Source of the DNA: Escherichia coli
GTDB lineage: Bacteria > Pseudomonadota > Gammaproteobacteria > Enterobacterales > Enterobacteriaceae
Strand: one strand, 5' to 3'
Assembly: GCF_003334385.1 (NCBI RefSeq)
Contig: NZ_QOWN01000007.1
DNA length: 64,000 nucleotides
A program made the position numbers and the translations under genes. Of the stretch, positions 32,293-45,000 are shown in pieces (positions within the stretch are counted from its first letter, which is position 1; every line of letters starts with the position of its first letter). A model generated the notes under the pieces. That model was not told where the DNA came from. It saw nothing but the letters and a program-made list of their open reading frames with translations, and did not search any database.

Positions 32293-34455
32293 TTATTTCG
32301 CATCCGACTTATATTCGTATTCGTAATAGCCATAATCCTGATACGCGCTGGCGCGGCGGAAGATGGAGTTCAGAATCACCCCTTTCACCGGAATACCGTT
32401 TTGCTCAAAGCGGCTCAGACTGGTTTCCACTTCTTTCAATGTGTTGACCGCATAACGCGCCACCATTAACGTGGTTCCGACATGACGACCAACAATTGCG
32501 GCATCGGTCACTGCCAGAATCGGCGGCGTATCAATCAACACCAGGTCATAGTTTTTACTCGCCCAGTTCACCAGTTCGGCAAAGCGTTCGCTCATCAACA
32601 GCTCAGAAGGATTTGGCGGCACCTGACCGCGCGGGATCAGGTCAAATTTGGCAATAGAGGTCGGTTTAGCAGCGGTAGTAATATCGCCCTGACCAATCAG
32701 AATTTCCGACAGACCATTGACGTTATTGGTGCCCAACAGCTCGTGGGTGTAGCCTTTGCGCATATCACAGTCGATCAACAACACCCGTTTATTGGTCTGG
32801 CTGATCACCGCCGCCAGGTTGGCGCAGACAAAGGTTTTACCAATTGACGGGCTAACCCCGGTCATCATCAACACATTGTTCTGCGCCTGCATCATCGCGA
32901 AGTGCAGACTGGTACGCAGACTACGGATGGCTTCAATCGCCAGATCGGTTGGATTCCCCACTGCCAGTAGCTGGCTCTGTTTATAGCGTTTAACCCCTTT
33001 GATGGTTTTGACGCTATCGCGCGCTTTCTGCCACTCCGACAGCGGGATGCTGGCATAGACGCTGATTCCGTGTTCTTCCAGCACTTGCGGGCTTTCGATG
33101 CCGCGATTAAACAACGAGCGCAGCAGCACACCCACGATAGAGAGCATCAGGCCAAGGATAATCGCGCCGAGGATAATCAGCCCTTTCTTCGGTTTTAGCA
33201 CGCCAGGCTGGGTGATTGCCGGGTCAACAATGCGCACATCGCCGACGGTGCTGGCTTCGGTGATTTTCAGCTCCTGCTCTTTATTCAGCAGTTGCATATA
33301 GACCTGCTGACCAGACTCGACATCGCGGGTCAGGCGCACAATCTCCTGCTGGGTTTTCGGCATCGCCGTTACGCGACCGTTAAGTTTGGCTTTCTCTTCT
33401 TCCAGCGCCTGACGTTTCTCCAGCAGCGTGCGGTACGCCGGGTGAACTTTGGTGTACAGCTTGGAGATTTCCGCCTCTTTAAAGGTCAGTTCGTTCAACT
33501 GCGCGTCAATGTTCACCATCGAATCGAGCACCGCTTTCGCTTCAAGCGGCAGATCAACAGAATCTTTATCCTGACGGAAGGCATTCAGTTTGTTTTCGGC
33601 AACATCGAGGCGGCTACGTACTTCCGGTAACTGTTGCGCGAGGAAAGCGAGGCTTTTCGACGCTTCCGCCGATTTGCGCTCAATATTTTGTTCCTGATAG
33701 TTACGGGCGATGCTGTTAAGAATGTCGCGGATCTGTTCGCGATCTTCACCGGTATAAGTCAGGCTCAGTACGCCTGCGTCTTTGCCGTTCTCCGTTACCG
33801 TCAGGCTGTTTTGCAGTTGGTTGATCATCCCCAACGTGGAGTATTTGGTGACGGTAAACTCACTGCCCGGGCGGGCGTGAATGGCTTCAACCATCAGCGT
33901 GACGCCTTCTTTTTTCAGCATCTGGCCCGCTTGCCCACGGGCGCTAAAGCCGCCATCACTGCTCAGGGTGTAGTTTTTATTGTCCAGCACATTAAGCGTA
34001 AACACCTGGTCCGCCATCTCTTTCGGGCGGTTAAAGGTGGTCACTTTCACCGTCTCGTTCTGACGTCCCATCAAACGATCCCAGCCCGCACCGAAAATCG
34101 GGAACGTGTTTTTGCTCACCGCAATATCGAGGTCTAGATCGTCCACCGTTTTACCAAGCACCAGACGCGAACGAATCAACTGGATCTCGGCGTCCGATGC
34201 AGGCGGTTTGTTGGCTAATGCCGAGCCGATATCCTGCACCAGCGAATTGCCGCTGCTTTGCTCGATTTGTACCAGTGCGTCGGCACTATAAATCGGCGTG
34301 GCGAAGAAGGTGTAAACCACGGCACAGAGGGCAAATACGGCGGTGATGCCAATCACCCACCAGCGCGCTTCAATGACGGTGCCGATCAGGCGACCAATAT
34401 CGATTTCATCACTGCCCGTTACCGGAGCGGCATGTTGTTTTACTTTTTCTGTCAT
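32293..34455 (-). CDS. wzc: Tyrosine-protein kinase Wzc (polysaccharide co-polymerase, BY-kinase)
   Basis: 720 aa from the ATG at 34453-34455 (MTEKVKQHAAPVTGSDEIDIGRL); Walker A (SPSIGKTF) and a C-terminal tyrosine cluster (YQDYGYYEYEYKSD). The track ORF adds 12 upstream codons. Confidence 0.95.
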   Translation of the reverse strand: MTEKVKQHAAPVTGSDEIDIGRLIGTVIEARWWVIGITAVFALCAVVYTFFATPIYSADALVQIEQSSGNSLVQDIGSALANKPPASDAEIQLIRSRLVLGKTVDDLDLDIAVSKNTFPIFGAGWDRLMGRQNETVKVTTFNRPKEMADQVFTLNVLDNKNYTLSSDGGFSARGQAGQMLKKEGVTLMVEAIHARPGSEFTVTKYSTLGMINQLQNSLTVTENGKDAGVLSLTYTGEDREQIRDILNSIARNYQEQNIERKSAEASKSLAFLAQQLPEVRSRLDVAENKLNAFRQDKDSVDLPLEAKAVLDSMVNIDAQLNELTFKEAEISKLYTKVHPAYRTLLEKRQALEEEKAKLNGRVTAMPKTQQEIVRLTRDVESGQQVYMQLLNKEQELKITEASTVGDVRIVDPAITQPGVLKPKKGLIILGAIILGLMLSIVGVLLRSLFNRGIESPQVLEEHGISVYASIPLSEWQKARDSVKTIKGVKRYKQSQLLAVGNPTDLAIEAIRSLRTSLHFAMMQAQNNVLMMTGVSPSIGKTFVCANLAAVISQTNKRVLLIDCDMRKGYTHELLGTNNVNGLSEILIGQGDITTAAKPTSIAKFDLIPRGQVPPNPSELLMSERFAELVNWASKNYDLVLIDTPPILAVTDAAIVGRHVGTTLMVARYAVNTLKEVETSLSRFEQNGIPVKGVILNSIFRRASAYQDYGYYEYEYKSDAK

Positions 34456-34457
34456 TC

Positions 34458-34901
34458 TTATACCTGCTCTGCGTTCAATGCCTGCGCCCACTGGCGGGCA
34501 GACCGTTCAAGTAATGTGTACACCGCTGCAAACGTTTCCCGGCTTTTGCGATACGGATCGGGGATTTCACATTCGTTATCCCAGTGACCAAACAGCATCA
34601 CTTTGCCGCGCATCTCAGGTGCCATCTCGCATAAGCGTTCGATATGGCGCTTTTCCATGGTCAAAATCAGGTCATAGTTGCGACACAGACGGCGGCTGAT
34701 TTGCCGTGCACAGTGACCTTCCAGAGACAGTTGATGTTCTGCGGCGACGCTGATAGCGGTAGGATCAGCGCCCTTACCGACCAGCGCGCCGAGTCCAGCG
34801 GACTCCACTTTCAGTTCCGGGTGATAACGTTGCAGTAAGCGTTCCGCCGTCGGGGAACGGCAAATATTGCCGACACAGACAACTAAGATGTTGTTAAACA
34901 T
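34458..34901 (-). CDS. wzb: Low-molecular-weight protein-tyrosine phosphatase Wzb
   Basis: 147 aa; MFNNILVVCVGNICRSPTAERL contains the CX5R P-loop (CVGNICRS). Confidence 0.95.
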   Translation of the reverse strand: MFNNILVVCVGNICRSPTAERLLQRYHPELKVESAGLGALVGKGADPTAISVAAEHQLSLEGHCARQISRRLCRNYDLILTMEKRHIERLCEMAPEMRGKVMLFGHWDNECEIPDPYRKSRETFAAVYTLLERSARQWAQALNAEQV

Positions 34902-34906
34902 GACGA

Positions 34907-36046
34907 TTACCAGTTATGAATGTCGCTGGCTGTATCCGTCATGTAACGGACACCGCTAATAGTTGGCAGCAACTGATTGATCAGACGGTTCCAGCGGGAA
35001 ACCGGGGCGGTGGTGACATACACCACGTCATAAGGTTGCAGGCGGAATTCTGTCGCCATCACCAGCGACGTCGCATCGGACATATCCAGCTGGTAGATAT
35101 TGGCAATCTTGCCATTACGCCCGCCCTCGCCTTTCAGCGGACGAATGACAAAGATGCCGCTGGCGTTGGAGGTGGTCATGTCGATGCCTTCAGCATTACC
35201 CAGGGCTTCAGTCAGGGTCATGCCGCTAAAGTCCATTTTCAGGGTGCTCTGTTTCTTCACTTCACCCATCACAAATACTTTCAGATCATCATTACGCGGC
35301 ACGTAGAGAATATCGCCGGGATAAAGCAGTCGGTTCTGATTGAGGTCGCCGTTTTGCATCAGCGCCTGCAAAGAAATGCGTTCTTCACGACCATTGTGTG
35401 TTAGCACCACGTTGCGCCAGTCAGCGGTGTCGGTCAGGCCACCTGCGGCGTTGATGGCGTCGAGAATAGTCAGTGGTACGTTGGTGATCGCCTGTTGACC
35501 GGATTTATTCACCTGACCTGAGATATAGGCCTTTTGTGAGCGGAAGGCGGCGATATTAACGTCCACCTGCGGGTCAGCGATGTACGTCGCTAAGCGCCCG
35601 GTAATATCACTGCGGATTTCAGCGAGCGTTTTCCCGACTACGTGAACCTTGCCGATATACGGGTAGAACATGGTGCCGTCAGGCTGTACCCAGTTGCCGG
35701 TGTCACTGGAGCTGCGGTACTGACCGGCTGGCGTGGTGAGTTCCGGGTGATCCCAGACGGTGACATTAAGAACGTCCCCCGGCCCGACGCGATACTGGTA
35801 ATTCGCGATCTCGCTTTCCAGCGTCATATTGGGGCGCGCTACGTTGGGTCGTGGACGTAATTGGTCAATCAGGCGCGGGGTCAACGGATAAACATTCACC
35901 ATTTTGTCGAGATCGAAATCAGCGTCCTGCTGTTTGATGACGTCTTTGCCCATCGTCGACATATTGCTGCCCGGAAGTACTGTGCAACCGCTTATCAAGG
36001 TTACTGACACCAATAATGGCATCAATTTCATTTTGGATTTCATCAT
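34907..36046 (-). CDS. wza: Outer membrane polysaccharide export lipoprotein Wza
   Basis: 379 aa; [24 protein letters not shown] has a lipobox (LISGC); first gene of the colanic acid operon. Confidence 0.95.
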   Translation of the reverse strand: MMKSKMKLMPLLVSVTLISGCTVLPGSNMSTMGKDVIKQQDADFDLDKMVNVYPLTPRLIDQLRPRPNVARPNMTLESEIANYQYRVGPGDVLNVTVWDHPELTTPAGQYRSSSDTGNWVQPDGTMFYPYIGKVHVVGKTLAEIRSDITGRLATYIADPQVDVNIAAFRSQKAYISGQVNKSGQQAITNVPLTILDAINAAGGLTDTADWRNVVLTHNGREERISLQALMQNGDLNQNRLLYPGDILYVPRNDDLKVFVMGEVKKQSTLKMDFSGMTLTEALGNAEGIDMTTSNASGIFVIRPLKGEGGRNGKIANIYQLDMSDATSLVMATEFRLQPYDVVYVTTAPVSRWNRLINQLLPTISGVRYMTDTASDIHNW

Positions 36047-36224
36047 TGTTTATTTATCACTTTGGCAGAGTAATTATCCTGTGCACTATTAATAGCAATG
36101 TCGCCATGCACATTTACCTTGCAGTTAATTGAATACAAATTTAACTGGCATCAGTCCTAAAAAAATTGATTTCATCCGCAGGCTATTGACAGAATAATTC
36201 AGACTGGTCTTTCAGGCATCCAGA

Positions 36225-36236
36225 CACGCTACCGCC
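36225..36236 (-). promoter_or_regulatory. ops element (GGCGGTAGCGTG) within the JUMPStart sequence upstream of wza (colanic acid operon leader)
   Basis: Plus strand reads cacgctaccgcc at 36225-36236, the reverse complement of ops, about 180 nt upstream of the wza start on the minus strand. Flanking sequence is shared with the copy at 11477. Confidence 0.85.
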
Positions 36237-36704
36237 CCTGGCTTTTTAGCTACCAATACACTGATTTAGCTTAATTTTTCAAACCCTCTCTGCATACAAT
36301 CGTTGATGAGAAAGGGTTATTGCGGAAATTAACTTCCGAATATAAGGTGACATTATGGTAATTGAATATTGGCTCTCCAATAATGCAGGAGGAAGTGTTA
36401 CAGCTAACGGAATAGCAGGCAAGGTAACAATTCGGCAATTGGCTATTTTTAAGAATTATATTAAGTGTCATTCAATATGGTTTTTAGGAGTTTCTTTAGG
36501 TTGACAATATTTAATATTGCGCCTCCACATGCGATATTTCTTAAATAATGTTTTATTATTACCACTTTTAATTCAGGGATAATGTGAGGTTATTACCCTC
36601 AAATAATATGAGATAAATAGTGCTGCAACATTGCATTTTTGCCCCGATTTATCCATGATCGAATTGTGACATTTGTCATACAACGAATAGGTTTTGTACT
36701 TACT

Positions 36705-38288
36705 ATGGAATGGATTGCCGATCCGTCTATCTGGGCCGGGTTAATCACGCTGATTGTGATCGAACTGGTCCTCGGCATTGATAACCTGGTCTTTATTGCC
36801 ATCCTCGCCGAAAAACTACCGCCGAAGCAGCGCGACCGCGCACGGGTTACCGGGCTGCTGCTGGCGATGTTAATGCGCCTGTTACTGCTGGCGTCAATCT
36901 CCTGGCTGGTCACCCTGACTCAACCGCTGTTCAGCTTCCGCTCGTTTACCTTTAGCGCCCGCGACTTAATCATGCTGTTTGGTGGTTTCTTCCTGTTGTT
37001 CAAAGCCACGATGGAGCTGAACGAACGGCTGGAAGGGAAAGACAGCAATAATCCCACACAACGCAAAGGTGCGAAGTTCTGGGGCGTGGTGACGCAAATT
37101 GTGGTACTGGACGCCATTTTCTCACTCGACTCAGTGATTACCGCCGTCGGGATGGTCGACCATTTACTGGTCATGATGGCCGCCGTGGTTATCGCTATCA
37201 GCCTGATGTTGATGGCCAGCAAGCCGTTAACGCAATTTGTTAACAGTCACCCGACGATCGTTATTCTCTGCTTAAGCTTCCTGTTGATGATTGGCTTTAG
37301 CCTGGTGGCAGAAGGTTTCGGCTTCGTCATTCCGAAAGGCTACCTGTACGCTGCCATTGGTTTCTCGGTGATGATCGAGGCGCTCAATCAGTTGGCTATC
37401 TTTAACCGGCGACGTTTTCTTTCCGCTAACCAGACACTGCGCCAGCGGACTACCGAAGCGGTAATGCGCCTGCTTAGCGGGCAAAAAGAAGATGCGGAAC
37501 TGGACGCCGAAACCGCGTCCATGCTGGTGGATCATGGTAACCAGCAGATCTTTAATCCGCAGGAACGGCGGATGATTGAGCGGGTACTTAATCTTAACCA
37601 GCGTACTGTCAGCAGCATTATGACGTCGCGCCACGATATTGAGCATATCGATCTCAACGCGCCGGAAGACGAGATCCGCCAGTTGCTGGAGCGAAATCAG
37701 CATACGCGGCTGGTGGTTACCGACGGTGATGACGCAGAAGATTTGCTCGGTGTTGTTCACGTTATCGACCTGCTACAACAGTCACTGCGTGGCGAACCGC
37801 TCAACCTGCGGGTGTTGATTCGCCAGCCGCTGGTGTTCCCGGAAACCTTGCCGTTGTTACCTGCCCTGGAGCAGTTCCGTAATGCCCGCACGCACTTTGC
37901 TTTTGTGGTGGATGAGTTTGGCTCGGTGGAAGGGATTGTGACATTAAGTGACGTCACTGAAACCATTGCCGGTAACTTACCGAACGAAGTGGAAGAGATC
38001 GACGCCCGCCATGATATTCAGAAGAATGCGGACGGTTCCTGGACGGCGAATGGTCATATGCCGCTGGAAGATCTAGTGCAATATGTGCCGCTGCCGCTGG
38101 ATGAAAAACGTGAATATCACACCATTGCCGGGCTGTTGATGGAATATTTACAGCGTATTCCAAAACCTGGCGAAGAAGTTCAGGTGGGGGATTATTTGCT
38201 TAAAACGTTGCAGGTGGAAAGCCATCGCGTGCAGAAGGTGCAGATTATTCCGCTGCATAAGGATGGCGAGTTGGAGTACGAGGTGTGA
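36705..38288 (+). CDS. yegH: Inner membrane protein YegH (TerC-family membrane domain with CBS and CorC/HlyC-type transporter-associated domains)
   Basis: [40 protein letters not shown] is a TerC-like N-terminus; the C-terminal half has a CBS-pair-like region. 527 aa from the ATG at 36705; the track ORF starts at an upstream TTG. Confidence 0.85.
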   Translation: MEWIADPSIWAGLITLIVIELVLGIDNLVFIAILAEKLPPKQRDRARVTGLLLAMLMRLLLLASISWLVTLTQPLFSFRSFTFSARDLIMLFGGFFLLFKATMELNERLEGKDSNNPTQRKGAKFWGVVTQIVVLDAIFSLDSVITAVGMVDHLLVMMAAVVIAISLMLMASKPLTQFVNSHPTIVILCLSFLLMIGFSLVAEGFGFVIPKGYLYAAIGFSVMIEALNQLAIFNRRRFLSANQTLRQRTTEAVMRLLSGQKEDAELDAETASMLVDHGNQQIFNPQERRMIERVLNLNQRTVSSIMTSRHDIEHIDLNAPEDEIRQLLERNQHTRLVVTDGDDAEDLLGVVHVIDLLQQSLRGEPLNLRVLIRQPLVFPETLPLLPALEQFRNARTHFAFVVDEFGSVEGIVTLSDVTETIAGNLPNEVEEIDARHDIQKNADGSWTANGHMPLEDLVQYVPLPLDEKREYHTIAGLLMEYLQRIPKPGEEVQVGDYLLKTLQVESHRVQKVQIIPLHKDGELEYEV

Positions 38289-38514
38289 TGGTATCGGTCA
38301 TTTTACCCGATAGCCGAAAGGAATAAGATGAGGGAACCGCGCCAGCGGCGATTTACCTCCGGGAGCCCGGGTTGCCAGGGGGGTGGCGATTGAGCCACCC
38401 TGGCACGTTCACCGGCTTGAGCGTTCCATAGTAGTGAGGAACATCAAGTGAACGGAACAGCCTTCGATCTTACATATTCAGAATATAATGGTGCCGCCGC
38501 GAACGCCTGATGCG

Positions 38515-38542
38515 ACGCTTTACGCGTCTTATCAGGCCTACA
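38515..38542. repeat. Single REP palindromic unit downstream of asmA
   Basis: gcctgatgcgacgctttacgcgtcttatcaggcctaca. Confidence 0.75.
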
Positions 38543-38561
38543 GGACAGGTCACCTGGTAAC

Positions 38562-40415
38562 CTACATCTTCTCCAGCAACTTCTTCACATCTTTGCCATT
38601 GCGGGAATCTTTATTCCGCTCGGCCCAGTCATTCAGGCGACGTTTCGCTTCGTCCTGTAGATGTTTGCGCAGTAACTGATCCACTTGCAGACTGTAATTG
38701 AGTTGCTGCCAGTTGCCATAAACCCGCAGCGGTACTGGCGTTTCTTTGAGGAAATCAATCAGTTTGCTTTCCCCGTTCCAGCCACCCACGACCCGAATAT
38801 CAAACTGGGTGTCGCAGGTTTGATCTGCCAGATTCAACATGCCTTCCCCTGTCAGCGCCAGCACAGGCGATTGACCTTGCATGTCGTTTAACGTCACGAC
38901 GCCATCCTTCAACGTCAAATCGGTGGTAAAGCGGTCAAGACGCGTTACGTTATCGAAGTTTTCAGCGGCCTTCACATCACCACCATTACGTTCTACCGCT
39001 TGCTGAATCATCTGCTGGAAGTTCATCCCTTCCATGCGCGTGTCGGTCATTTCGACATGTGCCTGTCCTTGCCAGTTGTGGCGGAATGCGTCGGCATCTA
39101 TGTCAGCACCGGAGAAATCACCAGCCAGTGACATTTTTCCGGTCAACGAAATCGGATAGTTAAACGCCTTCAGAATGGTACCAATCTCAACGTTTTCCAG
39201 CCGTGGCTGGAAGTTTATCCGCGGATTTACTGATGTCGCGTCCAGCGTGCCCGGCAGTGAAACCTGTCCACCGTTAAGTTTGCCCTGCAACTGGATAATC
39301 TCCAGCAAACCCGACTTGTTGGTCATTTGCGTGGCAACATCTGTAAAATTCATTCCGCGCCAGCGCACGTTACTGGCCTGCAACAAAATATCAGCCGTAA
39401 AGCCTTGCAGTCCCTGATATGCCGGTTCATCAATACGCGAAGAAATGACCGGGCGCGGCAATGTTGATTGGCTCTGCCCCTGCTGCGCGGCACCGTTTTC
39501 ACCATTCGCTGTTTCATTAAGCGGGATGAGGTTGTCAAGATTCAGTTGCGGGAATTGCAGTCTCAGCTGCCATTCAGGTTTCTCTGTCAGCGTGACCTGT
39601 GCTTGCCCGCTCAGCGTGCTGTCATTGGCGGTCAAGCTGATTTGGTTAAATGAAAGGCGTTTATGTGACTCCTGCCACTGGGCCTGGAAACTCCCCTGCC
39701 CCTGAATACCTTGTTTTGGTAAATCTGCACCCTGCAACTGCCAGTTAATTTGTTCAATAGCCGCCGTTAAATCATGCGGATAATCAGAAGCATCTACCGT
39801 ACCGTTAAGGGATATCGTGAGATCGCGCTGATCGCGATTAACCCGCCCGGAGAACTCAAATGAACCACGATGTTGGGGATCTTGTTCCATTTGCAGGCGA
39901 ATATTGCGGATTGTCACCTGCTCGTCATCTTCATGCTGGAACACCAGCACGCTGTCCGCCACCTTAAGACTGGATATATCAAACGACCATCCGCGATCGT
40001 CTGACAGATCCGGCAAGGTATTGTCGCGCGGTGCAACCGGAGCGTCTTCACTGCGCACCGCTTCCGTCTGCGGCGTCAGTTGAATCACTGCCCCTTTTAG
40101 CATCACCTGCTTAACGCTCAGTTGATGACTCAGTAGTGGTAAAAGCGCCACGTCCAGACGCATGTTGTCGGCGCGAACCAGTGGCTGGCTTGCGCCCTGG
40201 GCGGTGAGAGACATTCGCCCGGAGAGGATACTAAGCTGCGGCCAGACGTGCCAACGCAGTGGCCCGTCGAGCTGCAATTGATAACCGCTACGTGCAGCAA
40301 CTTGCTTGACCATATAGTCGCGGAAATCATTCGGATTCACCAGCAACACTAACGCAGATAACCCGGCCACCAGCACGACCAGGAGTATCATCAGCGTCGT
40401 CAGAAATCGTCTCAT
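38562..40415 (-). CDS. asmA: Outer membrane assembly protein AsmA
   Basis: 617 aa; MRRFLTTLMILLVVLVAGLSALVLLVNPNDFRDYMVKQVAARSGYQLQLDGPLRWHVWP is the AsmA N-terminal anchor and repeat region. Confidence 0.9.
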   Translation of the reverse strand: MRRFLTTLMILLVVLVAGLSALVLLVNPNDFRDYMVKQVAARSGYQLQLDGPLRWHVWPQLSILSGRMSLTAQGASQPLVRADNMRLDVALLPLLSHQLSVKQVMLKGAVIQLTPQTEAVRSEDAPVAPRDNTLPDLSDDRGWSFDISSLKVADSVLVFQHEDDEQVTIRNIRLQMEQDPQHRGSFEFSGRVNRDQRDLTISLNGTVDASDYPHDLTAAIEQINWQLQGADLPKQGIQGQGSFQAQWQESHKRLSFNQISLTANDSTLSGQAQVTLTEKPEWQLRLQFPQLNLDNLIPLNETANGENGAAQQGQSQSTLPRPVISSRIDEPAYQGLQGFTADILLQASNVRWRGMNFTDVATQMTNKSGLLEIIQLQGKLNGGQVSLPGTLDATSVNPRINFQPRLENVEIGTILKAFNYPISLTGKMSLAGDFSGADIDADAFRHNWQGQAHVEMTDTRMEGMNFQQMIQQAVERNGGDVKAAENFDNVTRLDRFTTDLTLKDGVVTLNDMQGQSPVLALTGEGMLNLADQTCDTQFDIRVVGGWNGESKLIDFLKETPVPLRVYGNWQQLNYSLQVDQLLRKHLQDEAKRRLNDWAERNKDSRNGKDVKKLLEKM

Positions 40416-40436
40416 GGTATCCTCAATGGGCCTGAA

Positions 40437-41018
40437 TTAGTCTTTATCGATTCGGCTGGCTACCGCGCCCTGCTGATTGCGATATTTCGCATCTTCACGG
40501 CGGTTGTAAGGTCGCGCCGCCGGGCCGGAAAGCGGCTCAAAGCTCAGCGCACCAATTAACATGCCCGGACGCAGCGCCAGCGGCAGCTTACCGGAGTTGT
40601 AGAACTCCAGCACAATGCAACCAGACCAGCCCGGATCGATACGGTGCGCGGTGACGTGCACCATCAGCCCCAGACGCGCCAGTGAGGAACGCCCGTCCAG
40701 CCAGCCCACCAGATCGGCTGGCAGCGTCACCGACTCCAGCGTCACCGCCAGCGCCAGCTCTCCTGGGTGAAGATAGAACGCCTCGCCCTCGTCGAGAACG
40801 ATCTCATCGCTCATCACGCGGTCAAGCGCGGCGCTCACTTCATCTTTGGGACCGCTCAGATCGATAAACGCTGCCGTGTGACCACGGAAGGTACGAAATT
40901 TATTGCCCAGGCGTACATCCACCGTCGCGCCGTTAATACGCTCCACTGGCGGACGTGGGTTGATCGACAAACGGCCTTCATCAAGCCAGGCTTCAATATC
41001 TCGGTCACACAGACGCAT
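40437..41018 (-). CDS. dcd: dCTP deaminase
   Basis: 193 aa; [44 protein letters not shown]. Confidence 0.95.
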
Positions 41019-41109
41019 GGCATTTTCTCCTTTCGCGCATCACTCCCTTAACGCCAATTACGTCAAGGGCATACCAGGTTATCACTGAACGGTACACAAT
41101 TTATCAAGC

Positions 41110-41751
41110 TTATTCAAAGAACTGACTTATTTTCGCTTTCAATATATCGATCGCGATGCGGTTTTTCCCGCCGCGCGGCACGATAATGTCCGCATATTGT
41201 TTAGAAGGCTCAATGAATTGCAGGAACATCGGGCGCACGGTTTTTTGATATTGCGCCATCACGGAATCCATTGAACGCCCACGCTCGTTAACGTCACGCT
41301 TGATGCGGCGCATCAGGCAGATATCCAGCGGGGTATCAACGAAAATGGAGAAGTTAAGTTCGTCACGCAAACGCGCATCCGTCAGCAACAAAATGCCTTC
41401 GAGAATGATGACCTTCTTCGGCTCAACCGTCACCGTTTCTTTCATACGCGTATGTTCAACATAGCTGTAAACCGGCAGGTCAATTGCCGAGCCGCGTTTC
41501 AACGCTTGTAAATGCTCAAGCAACAGGCTGTGATCCATCGCGCTGGGATGGTCGTAGTTGGTCTTAACGCGTTCTTCCATCGACAGATGGCTTTGATCTT
41601 TGTAATAGCAGTCTTCGGGAATTACGCCGATGTGTTCATCACCGACTTGCTCACGTAATTCACGATAAAGGGTACTGGCAATAAGACTCTTGCCGGAAGC
41701 CGATGCGCCAGCGATACCGATAATGACGCACTGATGAGACTGATCAGTCAT
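41110..41751 (-). CDS. udk: Uridine/cytidine kinase
   Basis: [32 protein letters not shown] (Walker A GASASGKS), 213 aa from the internal ATG at 41749-41751. The track ORF adds 21 upstream codons. Confidence 0.9.
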
Positions 41752-42068
41752 ATATTTAGCGACCTGATTAACCTGGATGTTAGGAAGGGGGCGACGAAGC
41801 GCCAAACGCGGCAATTATAGGGATTTCATCCGTCTGATACCAGTCGAATAGCGTTGCCGCGCGCTCAGAGTTAATTGTTGACAAAGAATTCCCGGTGGCA
41901 AATTACGTTGATCAGTTTTATGTAAGGTAAAAAATGTTATACGCAGTTGCGCAAATTATCCGCCTTTACGTCACTTTATGAGCAATTCGCATATAAAATG
42001 TAAAACTTTTGTACTAGCATAAACACAGAAACGAATACTGGCGACCTGGTCTTGCGGATAAAGCGGTA

Positions 42069-45000
42069 ATGAGCAAACAATCACAGCATGTATTAATTGC
42101 CCTGCCCCACCCGCTGCTTCACCTGGTCAGTTTAGGTTTAGTCTCGTTTATCTTTACCCTTTTCTCGCTTGAGCTTTCGCAGTTTGGCACCCAACTCGCC
42201 CCACTGTGGTTCCCGACGTCCATCATGATGGTGGCGTTTTATCGCCATGCCGGGCGCATGTGGCCGGGAATTGCGCTGAGCTGTTCGCTGGGAAATATCG
42301 CCGCATCCATCCTGCTTTTTTCCACCAGCTCGCTGAACATGACCTGGACGACCATCAATATTGTTGAAGCCGTGGTCGGGGCAGTGCTGCTACGTAAATT
42401 GCTGCCGTGGTATAACCCCTTGCAAAATCTGGCTGACTGGCTGCGTCTGGCACTCGGCAGCGCCATTGTTCCGCCTCTGTTGGGGGGGGTTCTGGTTGTC
42501 CTGCTGACGCCCGGAGACGATCCTCTCAGGGCATTTTTGATATGGGTACTGTCAGAATCCATCGGCGCTCTGGCACTGGTGCCGCTGGGATTGTTATTTA
42601 AACCACACTATCTGCTGCGCCATCGCAACCCACGGTTGCTTTTTGAGTCGCTGCTCACGTTAGCCATCACACTGACGTTAAGCTGGCTTTCGATGCTGTA
42701 TCTGCCGTGGCCTTTTACTTTCATTATTGTGCTGTTGATGTGGAGCGCCGTGCGTCTGCCACGAATGGAAGCCTTTTTGATCTTCCTTACCACGGTGATG
42801 ATGGTGTCGCTGATGATGGCCGCGGATCCCTCCCTGCTTGCTACGCCGCGTACGTACCTGATGAGCCATATGCCGTGGCTACCGTTTTTGCTGATCCTGC
42901 TGCCCGCCAACATCATGACCATGGTGATGTATGCCTTTCGTGCGGAACGCAAACACATTTCCGAAAGCGAAACCCACTTTCGGAACGCGATGGAATATTC
43001 CGCTATCGGTATGGCGTTAGTGGGCACCGAGGGACAATGGCTGCAAACCAACAAAGCGCTCTGCCAGTTTCTCGGGTACAGTCAGGAAGAGCTGCGCGGA
43101 CTCACCTTTCAGCAACTGACCTGGCCGGAGGATCTCAATAAAGATCTCCAACAGGTTGAAAAGCTGATAAGCGGTGAAATAAACACCTATTCAATGGAAA
43201 AACGCTACTACAACCGCAATGGCGATGTTGTCTGGGCGTTGCTTGCCGTCTCACTGGTGCGCCACACGGATGGCACGCCGCTCTATTTTATCGCTCAGAT
43301 TGAAGACATTAACGAGCTAAAACGCACCGAACAGGTCAATCAGCAACTGATGGAGCGCATCACTCTGGCTAACGAAGCGGGCGGGATTGGCATCTGGGAG
43401 TGGGAGTTGAAGCCGAATATTTTTAGCTGGGATAAGCGGATGTTCGAGCTGTATGAAATTCCTCCACATATCAAACCGAACTGGCAGGTGTGGTACGAGT
43501 GCGTGCTGCCGGAAGATCGCCAGCATGCCGAAAAAGTGATTCGTGATTCGTTGCAATCACGCTCGCCCTTTAAACTGGAATTTCGCATTACCGTAAAAGA
43601 CGGTATTCGCCATATCCGCGCCCTCGCCAACCGGGTACTGAATAAAGAAGGCGAAGTCGAACGTCTCCTCGGCATCAATATGGATATGACCGAAGTGAAA
43701 CAGCTTAACGAGGCATTGTTTCAGGAAAAAGAGCGCCTGCACATTACGCTTGATTCCATCGGTGAAGCCGTGGTCTGTATTGATATGGCGATGAAAATTA
43801 CCTTTATGAATCCAGTGGCGGAGAAGATGAGCGGCTGGACGCAGGAAGAAGCGTTAGGTGTTCCGCTCCTGACGGTGTTGCATATTACTTTTGGCGACAA
43901 CGGACCATTAATGGAGAACATTTACAGTGCCGACACCTCACGTTCCGCGATCGAGCAAGATGTGGTGTTGCACTGTCGGAGCGGCGGCAGTTACGACGTG
44001 CATTACAGTATTACGCCGTTAAGTACTCTGGACGGCAGCAATATTGGTTCGGTTCTGGTGATTCAGGACGTTACCGAATCACGCAAAATGCTGCGCCAGC
44101 TGAGCTACAGCGCCTCCCATGATGCACTGACGCATCTCGCCAACCGCGCCAGTTTTGAGAAACAACTGCGTATCCTGCTGCAAACGGTAAACAGTACACA
44201 TCAGCGACATGCCCTGGTGTTTATCGATCTTGATCGCTTTAAAGCGGTGAATGACAGCGCCGGGCATGCGGCGGGTGACGCTTTGCTGCGCGAACTGGCG
44301 TCGTTAATGCTGAGTATGCTGCGTTCCAGCGACGTGCTGGCGCGACTCGGTGGGGATGAATTTGGTCTGCTGCTACCAGACTGTAATGTTGAAAGCGCGC
44401 GTTTTATCGCTACACGCATTATCAGTGCCGTGAATGACTATCACTTTATATGGGAAGGCCGTGTGCATCGGGTAGGTGCCAGTGCCGGGATTACCTTGAT
44501 TGATGACAACAATCATCAGGCGGCAGAAGTGATGTCGCAGGCTGATATCGCCTGTTATGCCTCCAAAAATGGTGGCCGGGGCCGGGTGACGGTTTACGAA
44601 CCGCAGCAAGCTGCCGCACATAGCGAACGGGCGGCGATGTCGCTTGATGAACAGTGGCGGATGATTAAAGAGAATCAGTTGATGATGCTCGCCCACGGTG
44701 TCGCTTCGCCACGGATCCCGGAAGCGCGTAATTTGTGGCTGATTTCACTTAAGCTCTGGAGTTGCGAAGGCGAGATTATTGATGAACAAACATTTCGTCG
44801 TAGCTTCAGCGATCCGGCACTTAGCCATGCTCTTGACCGACGGGTATTCCACGAATTTTTCCAGCAGGCCGCAAAAGCGGTTGCCAGTAAAGGCATAAGC
44901 ATCGCCCTCCCCCTTTCCGTTGCCGGTTTGAGTAGCGCCACGCTGGTGAATGATCTGCTTGAGCAGCTGGATAATAGCCCTCTACCACCACGGTTATTAC

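Noticed and set aside
36271-37222. Small ORFs in the wza leader and antisense to the yegH start (36271..36471, 36599..36913, 36920..37222)
   Set aside because: They fall in the JUMPStart-containing leader of the colanic acid operon or opposite yegH, with no RBS or recognisable domain.
38289-38561. GC-rich inverted repeat (about 38375-38403, ccagggggggtggcgattgagccaccctgg) between the convergent yegH and asmA genes as a possible terminator or sRNA
   Set aside because: The stem is imperfect and lacks a flanking T-tract on either strand; it cannot be distinguished from chance or REP-like structure without transcript data.
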